This document shows positions 8,730 through 19,779 of a DNA stretch of 33,508 nucleotides, piece by piece (within the stretch, counting starts at the first letter, position 1; every line of letters starts with the position of its first letter). Location: contig CALSCO010001329.1 of NCBI GenBank assembly GCA_943704415.1, positions 1 to 33,508 on the forward strand, read 5' to 3'. Under the pieces are notes generated by a model. The model was given only the letters and a program-made list of their open reading frames with translations, was not told the DNA's origin and searched no databases. The stretch comes from Parvularia atlantis. Its lineage: Eukaryota. The translations under genes and the position numbers were made by a program.

Positions 8730-9691
8730 TCACACGTCCAGGTCGTCGTCCGGGTCGTCCAGGTCGAGCGCCCCGCCGTCCTCGTCCGCGTCCAGCGCCG
8801 GGTCGTACTCGATCGTCGACGCGCCCGCGGGCGCCTGCTGCGCCGCCAGGTACGGCAGCTCGACCTGCGCACGCGCCGCGCGCTGACGCTCCGTCAGCGT
8901 CAGGTTGAAGGGCACCTCGGCGGCCGCGGCGGGTGGCGGGACGGGCGCGGCCACTGCGGGCTCAGGCGGGGCTGCGGGCTGCGTGTCGTCGTCGTCGTCG
9001 GTCAGCGCGATGGCGCTAGCAGTGAGTGGCGGCGTGCCTTGGCCTTGGTCAGCAGCTCAAACGTGCAGTCGGCGCCCGCCCGCGTCGGCAGCGTCACGAC
9101 GTCGCGCTCGTGCTGCGTGCGCGCCCCGGGCGTCCGCACGCGCACGCGCACGGTGAAGCGTCTGAGCGGCGGTGCAACGGGCAGCAGCGCGGCGTCGTCC
9201 ACGTGATCGGCATCGATGTCGTCGTCGTCGTCCGCCACGACGGCCGCGTCCGCCAGGGCGAGCAGACGTGCGGTGACGGCCGGGTCGCAGGCGTCGGCGT
9301 GGTGCAGGACGACGACGCGGCGTGCGAGGGCCGTCCAGCCGTGCAGGGCGCGCCAGGCGGCGGCCTCGTCGTGCGGCGGCAGCGCGAGCAGCGCCGCGAG
9401 CGAGTCGACGAGTAGCACGCCGATCGGCCCGGCCGCGCGCACGCGCCGCTCGAGCGCCGCGAGCCCGTCGAGCGCCGCCGCCTCGATCACGGTTGCCGCA
9501 TCGCCGAGATCGAGGCCGTCGCGGCCCGTGCGCGGCTCGAGCAGGACGGCGACGACCCGCGATGCGCCGTGCGCGTCCCCGGGCGCGTGCGACCGCGCGC
9601 ACCGCGTCCAGAGCGCGCGCAGCGGGCGGCGCAGCGCGTCGACGACCGCGACGAGGCCCGGCGTATGCCCCATCGCTGACTGCAGCAGCAT
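8730..9691 (-). CDS. ELP5: Elongator complex protein 5; one GC-AG intron (9047-8979)
   Basis: C-terminus PFNLTLTERQRAARAQVELPY..IEYDP..DLDDPDDDLDV* is the Elp5 signature. RecA-like core LLVDSLAALL, VVVLHHAD. N-terminus MLLQSAMGHTPGLVAVVD. Confidence 0.85.
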
Positions 9692-9714
9692 ATGCGCGTG
9701 TATTGAAGGAAGCG

Positions 9715-12700
9715 ATGGCGCCCAAGCGTGGCCGTGGCGCCGCCGCCGCCTCAACGTCGCCGCCGCCGGCACGGCGCGGCAAGCGCGGCGCAAAGCAGCA
9801 GCAGCAGCAGCAGCAGCACGACGAGGACGACGAGCAGCAGCAGCAGCAGGACGCGGCGGAGCAGCACGAGAAGGACGAAGAGGAAGAGGACGACAAGAGC
9901 GCCAAGGGCAAGAGCGCCGAGGGCAAGAAGCGCGCGGCAGAGGACGACGGCGAAGGCGAAGACGAAGGCGACGGCACAAGCGGAAGCGACGTGCGCAGCA
10001 ACAAGCGGCTGGCGCGCGCGACAACGACGAAGGGCGACGCGGCGCCGCCTGTGACGCTGCCGAGGGCGCCGCAGCCGGCCACCGCTGTCACGTTGCAGAC
10101 GTCGGCGGCCCCGCAGGCGCCGCGCCGCCGCGCACTGTTCAACCCGACGCTGCAGGAGCTCGAGGATGACCCGCTGACCAAGCTCGCCGACGCGCACTGG
10201 CGCGGCCGCGATGGCGCGCGCTTCGACGCCGACGTCGTGCTGCGCGTCTTCCACGACGAGCTCGAGCCCAGCCGCTTCGCCTTCCCGCGCCTCATGCTGC
10301 TCGAGTACTCGCAGTACCTCGAGCGGTGCGCCGCGATGCGCTGTTTGTTATCCACGCGCCAAAGCTGACCGCACCGCGCCAGGTACCTTTGGCCGCACTT
10401 TGACCCGGCGCGAGCATCGCTCGCGCACGTGCTCTCGATTGTGCTGATGGTGCGCGTGGCACAGCGCACAAGCAGCCGTCTGACCGTCGCGCCACGCAGT
10501 TCAACGAGAAGGCGCGCGAGCGTGTCGCCGCGTTCGACGTCGTCACGCCCGCCGACGCGCCCAAGTTTGGCGGCCTCTTTGCGCGTATCCTGCCCGAGTT
10601 CTTGTGCGTGGCTGCGGCATGCTGCGCGGTCGTGCTTACGGTGTGCCGCGCAGCAACGCCGCGCACCCGCCGCAGGTGCACAGCGCGCTCGTCATGTTCA
10701 TGATCAAGTGCTGCCAGAGCCTCGAGCACGCCGTCGTGCGCGGCGAGGTCCTGCGCCTCGTGTCGCTCACGACCTGGGTGCGTGCGCCGGGGCAGCGCGC
10801 TCGCGTGTGGTACTGACCGTTCTGCCAGCAGCACACGATCCTCGACGGGCGCCGCGAGGAAGAGTTCCGCGCGCACCCGAAGCTGCGCAAGGTCTGGAAG
10901 CAGCTCAACAAGCAGTACGAGATCAGGTGCGCGTGTTGGTTGCTGCGCGCTGTGGCAGCGATTGCGCACTAAGGCCGTCCTCGTAGCGATGACGCCAAGC
11001 TCGCCGTGCTCAAGCAGCAGCGCTCGTTCCTGTCGTCGCTCATCAAGCGCTTCCACCAGGTGCTCGCGACGATCAGAACGACGGCACCAGTCGATCCCGC
11101 TGCCGTGCGGTGCGCCTCACTTGCGTGTGCCACTGCGGCGTCTGACGGGGCGCGTATGGCCCGTGGCAGGTACTGCGACCGCGTTGTCGAGCTCATGATC
11201 GACCTGCAGAGCCAGTTGCCGACGCGGCGTTACTCGACGATCGTGCTGGACGACCACCAGCTGCTCGTGACGTGCCGGTGCGTGCGCCAGCCCCTGCAGT
11301 GTGCGCCGCCGTGGCCCCTGACACCTGCGCAGCTGCTCCGACCTGGCCAAGATGCGCGAGGGCGCGCTATTCCGCGAGCTGCTCGACCGTCTTGAGTTCT
11401 ACCTCGGCTTTGAGATCAACAACCACACGGGCGCGGCGCTGACCGACGCCGAGATGGTGGAGCTGGTGCGCGCCGTGGCCGTGCGAGCCACACAGTTCGC
11501 GCTCACACATGCGGCGCAGCAAACGACGAGCATCGTGTCGCTGCAGCGCGCCGTGTTCAAGCTCTACCCGGACACGATGAAGCAGTTCTCGCTTGCGCAC
11601 GTCGACGCGATCAACTCACGCCCACAGCTCGTTGCGTTCTTCGGCGGTCTGGACGACGCGCAGCTGCGAGCCATCGCGGGCATTTTGCACCTGCGGTTCG
11701 TACTGCTACCTGCTCACTTGCAAGCCGAGCTCACACGCCGCCCCACTGCCAGCACCGTTGACCTCGACGGCGTGCCGTACCCGCGCGAGACGCTGATGGA
11801 GGTGCTCGTGCGCCGCAACGAGAAGCGCGCGTCGCAGATCGACGCAATCAACGCCATGCCGCTGTACCCGAACGAGGCGCGTTGGCCGCAGCTGAGGCGC
11901 CGTGCTGTGCGCCTGACGTGTGCGCTTAGGTGCTGCTGTGGGACCCGACGAGCATCAAGACCGACCAGTACTCGGGCGAGCACTGCCTCGCGCTGCCAAA
12001 GCTAAACCTGCAGTTCCTGACCGTCCACGACTACCTGCTGCGCAACTACAACCTGTTCCGTCTCGAGGGTTGCGCGCCCGCTCGCGCGATGCGCTATTGC
12101 GGCTTCCTCACGCCCGTGCGCCGCGCCGCGACAGCCAACTACGAGATTCGCGAGGACATTGAGGAGGTCGTCGAGCGGCTGCAGCCGCGCCTGGCGATCG
12201 ACGGCTCGACCGAATTTGGCGGCTGGGCGCGCATGGGCGTGAAGGTGCACACGCTCGAGATCAACAAGGTCGCCAAGCCGAGCCTGGGCGAGCGCAAGCC
12301 CTCGCGCGTCACGGCCGACGTCACGTTCTCGCTCGGCATGTACCGCGACCACATCCGCCGCGAGTGGGAGCAGCTGCGCCAGGTGCGCGTGCGCTGATGC
12401 TCTGTCAGGGCGATTGGCTCACGGTCGGCGCGCAGCACGACATTCTCTTCCTCATCACCATCCGCGCCAACGACAGGAGCCCGACCAAGTACGACCGCGA
12501 GAGCGGCCACAGCTTTGCCGAGCACTACGGCGTGGTGCGCTCGTCAGCTTAGCCGCTCGGTGCGTGCTGCTCACCAGAGATCGGCCGCCGCAGGTGTGCG
12601 TGCGCGGCTGCGAGCTCGAGGCCGTTATCGGCGGCGACGGCAAGCCGATCGAGGAGTGGCGGCTCAACGACCCGTCGCAGCGCCCCGCGTGCGTCGCCTG

Positions 12701-13958
12701 CTAAGCGAGCGTGTACCGAGCTCATCATGCGCGCGGCGCTGTTAGTGGCGACATGCGCACGCTGCGGGTGCGCCTCGACACGAACCAGTACCAGGCGGAC
12801 CTGGACGCGGGCCGGCTGGGCGACGCGGACCTGTACTCGACGTTCAACGTGCTGATGCGTCGGCGGGTGCGTGCGTTTCGTGTGGCGCGTGCGTAGCTGA
12901 CACACTGCACGCGCGCTGCAGCCTCACGAGAACAACTTCAAGGCCGTGCTCGAGACGATCCGCGACCTGATGCAGACGGACGCGGTGGTGCCCGCGTGGC
13001 TGCACGACGTCTTCCTCGGCTACGGCGACCCTGGTTGATGCTCGCGTGGCGGCCTGTTGGGCCGCAGCACTGACGCGATCGCTGCGCAGGCGCGGCCCAC
13101 TACAGCAAGATGGCCACGCAGCAGGCCGAACTCAACATGAACGACACGTTCATCTCAGCCGACCACGTCACCGCGTCGTTCCCGGCGCACCACGTCCAGT
13201 TCACTACGCCGCCCGCGCAGCGCCAGCCGCCGTTCCAGGCACGCGCGAATGCGTTCGTTGCGTGGCAGTGCTGACCGCCGCCGTGGCTGCAGATCCAGTT
13301 CACGGATCAGAAGGCCACCGACGGCAAGCCCGTCGTCGTCGCCAAGCCGTACAAGCTGCCGAACCGCGGGCCGTACCCGACCGACAAGGCCAAGAGCAAC
13401 GCCGTGCCGTTCACGCCGACGCAGGTATGCGGCACGCCAGCGCGACTGCGACAAGGGACCGCTCACCCGCCTCCCGTGACCGCAGATCGAAGCCATCCGC
13501 TCGGGCATGAGCCACGGCCTGACGATGATTGTGGGCCCGCCGGGCACGGGCAAGACCGACGTCGCCGTGCAGATCATCAGCAACCTGTACCACAACAACC
13601 CCGAGCAGGTGGCCGCCGCGCAGCTTGGTCCTGGTTGCGACTGACGCGCTCGCTCAATCGCGCGCAGCACACGCTCATCATCACGCACTCGAACCAGGCG
13701 CTCAACCAAATCTTCGAGAAAGTCATCCACCTCGACATCGACGAGCGCCACTGCCTGCGCCTGGGCCGCGGCGAGGAGGAGCTGATGACCGAGAAGGTGC
13801 CGCTCGCCGCGCGACCCATGCGGCGGCCGTGCTCACCGTGCGCCCGTTCGAACTGCAGAATTTCAGCAAGTACGGCCGCGTGGACTACTTTCTGCAGAAG
13901 CGTGTGGAGCTGCTGAACGAGGTCGACCGCCTGGCGCGCAGGTGCGCCGCCCGGGCGG

Positions 13959-13990
<32 letters not shown>

Positions 13991-16318
13991 GCTGACATTG
14001 TGCGACGGGCCAGCCTCGATGTCGTGGGCGACCACGCGTACACCTGCGAGACGGCCGGGCACTTTTTCCAGTTCCACGTGCAGCCGCGGTGGGACACGTA
14101 CCTGAAGCGTCTCGAGGGTGTGGCCGGCGTGGTGGTCACCGTCGCGGCTTGGGTGCTGACTTAGCTATGCCGCAGCTGCAGAGAACCCGACGCCCAGGGC
14201 GGTCGCGTCGCTGTTCCCGTTCCACACGTACTTTTCCACCGCGCCGCAGGTGCGCTCGCTCGCCTGCGCACAGCCTGTCGCAAGGTGCTGACGACTGTGT
14301 GTTGCGCAGCCGCTGTTTCCCGAGACAGTCTCGCTCGACGAGGCGAAGGAGATCGCGCACGGGTGCTTTGACGGGCACCTGCGCCACCTCTTCCACCAGC
14401 TTGAGGAGATCCGCCGTGCGCGCGACGCCTCGCGTGCTGCGTGCGGGCAAGCCGTGCTGACGCCTGTTGTGCGTCGCGCAGCGTTCGAGCTGCTCCGCGG
14501 CGGCTCTGACCGGGCCAACTACCTGCTGACGAAGCAGGCCAAGATCATCGCGATGACGTGCACGCACGCGGCGCTGAAGCGGCGTGAGGTGCGTGCGCAC
14601 AGGGCCGCAGCAGCCGTCTGATGCGGGCGGTGCGGCAGCTGGTCGAGCTTGCGTTCAAGTACGACAACATCGTGATCGAGGAGGCCGCGCAGATCCTCGA
14701 GGTCGAGACGTTCATCCCAATGCTGCTGCAGACGCCCGACGACGGGTGCGGGCGTGCGCGCGGCTTTGCGGTGCTCGCGGTCTTACAAGCAGCGCAGCGT
14801 CTCGCGGCTGAAGCGCGTCGTGCTCATCGGCGATCACAACCAACTGCCGCCGGTGGTCAAGGTGCGCTCACGACCGCGCGTGTCGTGGTGCGCTGACCCG
14901 CGTGCGCGCAGAACATGGCCTTCCAGCGGTACGGCAATATGGAGCAGTCGCTGTTTGCGCGCTTCGTGCGCCTGGGCGTGCCGACGGTCGACCTGGACGC
15001 GCAGGGCCGCGCACGGTGCGCGTCTGGCGCCGGCATGGAAGAGGGACGCTGACGTAGCGCACAGGCCCTCGCTCTCCAAGCTGTACTCGTGGCGGTACAA
15101 GGGGCTCGGTGACCTGCCCATCGTGCACGACAAGAGGCTCGTTGCTGGCGCCCGCTGCAGCACGCCGCCGCTGACCGCACACACGCGCGCACAGCTTCCA
15201 GACGGCCAACGCGGGCTTTGCGTTCGAGAAGCAGCTGGTGGACGTGGGCGACTTCATGGGCAAGGGCGAGGTCGAGACGTCACCGCACTTTTACCAGAAC
15301 GTGGGCGAAGCCGAGGTGCACAGCGGCAGAGGCCGTCGCGTAGGCTCACGCTGCGCGCAGTACATCGTCGCCGTGTACCAGTACATGCGCCTCGTGGGCT
15401 ACCCGGCCGAGAAGATCTCGATCCTGACGACGTACAACGGCCAAAAGGACCTGATAGTGTGCGTGCAGCCGCTCGTGTGCGGGCGCACGGCGTGGGTGAT
15501 GACACGGCTGTGGGGTGCGTAGCGACGTCGTGCAGCGGCGCTGCGCGTGGAACGCGCTGTTTGGCCGGCCGGCGCACATCTCAACAGTGGACCGGTGCGC
15601 ACACGCGCGTGCGTTGGCAGCGGTCGCAGCGACTGAGCATATGCGGCGCGCAGGTTCCAGGGTCAGCAAAACGACTACATCTTGCTGTCGCTCGTGCGCA
15701 CGCGCGGCGTGGGCCACCTGCGCGACGCGCGGCGCCTGGTCGTGGCCCTGTCGCGCGCGCGGTACGCCATGCCACCGCCGCGCGTGACCCCAGGCTGACG
15801 CGTGGTTGTCGTGTCTTCGCTCAGGCTCGGCTTGTACGTGTTCTGTCGCAAGCAGCTGTTCGAGGACTGCGTAGACCTGCAGCCGGCGTTCGCGGTGCTC
15901 AACGAGACGCCGAGCAAGCTGCGGCTGACGATGGGCGAGACGTGCGCGACCACTGTGCGAGACGCCTCGGCGCGCGCTGACGGAGCGCGCTGGCAGGTTC
16001 CCGACCGAGCGGGCTGTCGGCGAGGCGGGTGCGCAAACGGTCGACATCGAGGACGTCGAGGTGCGCCAGGCATGTCGCGCGTGCCAGCGTGTGGCTTACG
16101 CCGCGCCGCGTCAGCAAATGGGCCAGTTTGTGCACAAGATGACGCAGGAGCAGATGAAGCGCGTCGAGACAGCCGCCAACGAGGCGTACCATTTGCTGCT
16201 CAAGCAGCAGCGCGAGGCGGCCGAGAAGGAGGCCGCAGCCGCGGCTGCCGCTGCCTCCGACGCCAACGGCGACGAGAAGGAGGGCGGCGAGATCGCTGCC
16301 GACGCGATGGAGCGGTGA
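9715..16318 (+). CDS. AQR: RNA helicase Aquarius (intron-binding spliceosomal helicase); about 35 introns
   Basis: [129 protein letters not shown]. Confidence 0.96.
13960..13990 (+). repeat. (CTG)10 microsatellite inside an AQR intron
   Basis: Direct reading of the sequence. Confidence 0.9.
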
Positions 16319-16376
16319 GCCAGCAGCGCACAAAGAGAAAGCAAACTGTTAGGCCGGCTGCAGATACAGGCTTGGT

Positions 16377-17720
16377 CTATGTCCGCGTGGGTGCACTGCT
16401 GGGCGCGCTTAAGGCGGCAGTGGGGTCGAGCGCGGACTTGAGCGAGACCTTGCCGGAGCCGCGCTTCTTGGGCTTGGGCTGCGACTCGGACGGCTTCCAC
16501 CCGATCATGTAGAAGACCTCGAACGTGGCCGGGATGCTGCCGTCTGGGTTCTTGTAGACCGCTGCGGCGTGCGTGCGTGCGTGAGCATGAGCCAGCGTAC
16601 GGCGAGGAGTAGTGGGGCGCGCGCACCGGCGTACGTAGCCGCGGCGGCCATCAGCGTGTCCTTGCCGACAAAGTTGGCGCTGGCGCGTCGGCCGGGTGAG
16701 GCGGCGCGAACGGGGCGGCCGTTGCGGCGAGGCGCGCACCGGTTCGCGACGGCGTTGCTCTCGCCCATGTCCTTCAGGTCGGCCACGAGCTCGAACATGG
16801 ACGGGTAGTTGATCGTCAGCCGGTCCTGGTCGACCGTCGTGAGCGTGAAGCCGCCGCGCCCGAGCAGCCCGGCGAGATCGCTGACGTCGGCCATGGGCGA
16901 GACGTGCTGGCGCAGGCCGCCGTGGCGCTCCTGCTCGGCCTGCTGCAGCGACGTGCTGCGGGCGGAGCGGGGAGCTGAGCGCGTGCGGGACGGTCGGGGA
17001 CGCGCCGCACCGCAGCTCGTAGAGCGTGCTGCCGCCGAGCATCGCGCCGATGAAGGGCGCGTCGGGCTTGAGCGCGCGGCTGATCTGGGCAAAGGCGCCT
17101 GCGCGCGCGCCCGCTCAGCCTGCCGGCGCAGCAAGCGTGAGGCGCGCGGGCGCACCGGGCAGGTCGTTGACCCAGTGCAGGCTGAGGCTGCTGACGGCGG
17201 CGTCGAGCGAGTTGTCGGCGAACGGGAGCAGCTCCTCGTCGCCCTGGACGCGCAACGTGGCGACGCGCAGCACCGCGGCGTCGTCCTCGGCGTCACGCAC
17301 GAGCATCGCGCCTGCGCCCGCACCCGCGCACGATCAGCGGCGAGCGACATCGGGAAGGCGGCGGCACACGCGACGGCTCCAGCTGCACGAGCAGGTCGAC
17401 CTTGTCCGGGTCGGCGGCGCGCGCGATGTGCCCGCAGCCGGCGCCGACGTCGAGCACGATCGGGAAGCGGCGGGTGATGTCCTTGGTGCGGCGCGACGTG
17501 GCGCGAAGCGTGAGGCCCGAGACGCGCGCCCCACTGCGCACTGATCTAGGCGCACCAGCAGCCGGTCGGCCACGCCCTCTGCCACGGCGTCGCGCAGGTA
17601 GTCGGTCTGGCGCGCGATCGTGCGCGGGGCGCGTGTGGCGGCGGCGTCGCGCTGGTGGCGCTTCGTGCCGCGGTTGAAGACGAGCGCGGCGGGCGCGATG
17701 GTCGAGACGGCTCGCCGCAT
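16377..17720 (-). CDS. NDUFAF5: Arginine hydroxylase NDUFAF5 (complex I assembly, methyltransferase fold); 6 introns
   Basis: [114 protein letters not shown]. Confidence 0.94.
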
Positions 17721-17776
17721 CGTCCGGTGTGCAAGGCAATAGCCATCGATATCTACCGGGATACACCGTCAGCGCC

Positions 17777-18621
17777 ATGCCATCCGAGCCGACTGTCAAG
17801 ATCGGCGTGCTCGCGCTGCAGGGCGCGTTCATGGAGCACGTCAACATGCTGCGCCGCCTCGGGCCCGTGCCGCCCGTCGTCGTCGAGGCGTGTGGCGCGC
17901 GCGCGTGTGCCGCGATGGCGACGTGCTGACGATCGGCAACCCGGCGCGCAGATCCGCACGCCCCTCGAGCTCAACGACCCCGCGCTCGACGCGCTCATCA
18001 TCCCCGGCGGCGAGAGCACGACGATGGCGCTGGTGGCTGAGCGCTCGGGCCTCGTTGAGCCGCTGCGGCAGTGGATCGGCAGCGGGCGCCCCGTCTGGGT
18101 GCGCGCCCGTGTCCCTCGTGGCGCCGTTGCCTCGCTCACACGGCGGGCACGGCGCCGTGACCCAGGGGACATGCGCCGGCCTCATCATGATCGCGAAGGA
18201 GGCGTCGCGCGTCAAGCAGGACGGGCAGACGCTGTTGGGCGGGATGGACGTGGGCATCATCCGCAACTACTTTGGCACGCAGGTCAACTCGTTCGAGACG
18301 CCCATCCGCATCGACGGCCTCGACGCGCCCTTCCCGGCGGTCTTCATCCGCGCGCCGATCATCTCGCGCGTGGGCGAGGGTGTGCAGGCGCGCCGCTTGA
18401 GCCCTGGCGCGTCTCGTCGAGCGCTGACGTGTGCACGCGCCGCATAGGTGCTCGCGCAGATCCCCGCCAAGGATGGCGAGCCCAGCGTCGTCGCCGTGCG
18501 GCAGGGCAGCCTCCTCGGTACGTCGTTCCACCCGGAGCTCACGACCGATACGCGCGTGCACCGCCTCTTCGTCAACCAAGTGCGCGAGGCCAAGGGCCTG
18601 GCGCCGCTGCCGACGCCGTGA
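17777..18621 (+). CDS. PDX2: Pyridoxal 5'-phosphate synthase glutaminase subunit (Pdx2/SNO/PdxT); 3 introns
   Basis: [60 protein letters not shown]. Confidence 0.95.
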
Positions 18622-18773
18622 GCGAATGCGTGTGCTTCTTTCGGCATGTGCGGGCGGCATTGCGCACACAGACTCACAAAGTTGCACACACGCACTCACA
18701 TGGACGGAAAAGGGGAGAGGAAGCGCGGAATAACGGTCACGGCCTCGGGGCAGCCAAGCGCGGAGACGCGCGC

Positions 18774-19635
18774 TCAGACAGCCACGACCGGCGAGGGGCG
18801 GGCGCCGCCACCGCCACCCAGGCGGCCGTTCTGCGCCGCGAGAAAGGCCACAAACAGCCAGCCGATGAGCGAGAAGAAGCCAAAGGCCGAGCATGCGCCG
18901 GCGTTGCTGTTGAGGCTGGAGCCGAAGCGCCCCGCGACGACGGCGCAGCCGATGCCGACGATGAACATGTTGACGGCCATGAAGATGCTGCCGAAGAGCT
19001 CGATCTGGGTCTGGTTGTTGGCGAGGCCGCCGACCTGCGTGCGTGTGCCGTGAGCGTGCTGCTGCGTGTGCTTGCCGTAGGCCATCGCGCACCGACTGCG
19101 GCGACACGTTGAGCACGATCATGATCGCGGCGAGGATGAAGCCCATGACGCCGGCGTAGACCGCGAAGCCGAACATGCTGCACGCGTCGCGCGCGCGCGC
19201 GGGCGGTGTCGTCAGCAACGGTCACGCGCGCGCGCGCGCGGGGCACACCCGAGGCCCATGCCGAACGGCGCAAGATAGGCGAGGCTGCCGCCCGTGCCGA
19301 GCACGACGAGCGCGAAGACAAAGAGCACGGCGAGGACGATGACCTTGGGCGAGAAGAGGACGCTGCCGCCGCCGCTGCGTGCCGCACGTGGTGCGCCGGA
19401 TCAGCGAGCGCACGCGGCGCAGGCGGGGCCACGACGCACACGGCCGCGGGGGGCGCGCCGCCGGCGGACGCAGGCTGCGCGTACTGCGACTGGCGCTGCT
19501 GCGGGTGCGCGGCCGCGTCAGTTCCCCTGCCGTCGTCATCCGTGCTGCAGAAAAGAAAAAAAAAAAAGAGATCCATCGGCCCCTGCGCGCGCGCACCTGC
19601 TCGTCGTACTGCTTGTACTCGCCCGTGTCGGCCAT
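18774..19635 (-). CDS. Four-transmembrane MARVEL-like membrane protein; 4 introns
   Basis: Spliced [99 protein letters not shown]; four hydrophobic helices with a MARVEL-like last helix. Confidence 0.65.
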
Positions 19636-19779
19636 GGCGTGCGGGAGGCGGGCGGGCGGGGGCGAGGTCTGCGGCGCGGCGCAGGCGTGAGACGGGTGGG
19701 CGCGCCCTAGTGGGGGCACTCAGAGAAGGCGCGAAATAACGTGATCCCCGCTGCGTACATCGCACTATAAGCCGCCGCC

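Noticed and set aside
9322..16318. In-frame stops in AQR and other genes suggesting pseudogenes or a variant genetic code
   Set aside because: The stops fall inside introns, and the spliced frames are open with the standard code.
17777..18621. PDX2 as part of a PDX1-PDX2 (SNZ-SNO) divergent pair, or as a recent bacterial transfer
   Set aside because: The divergent neighbour is NDUFAF5, no PDX1 is in the window, and the gene has host-type introns.
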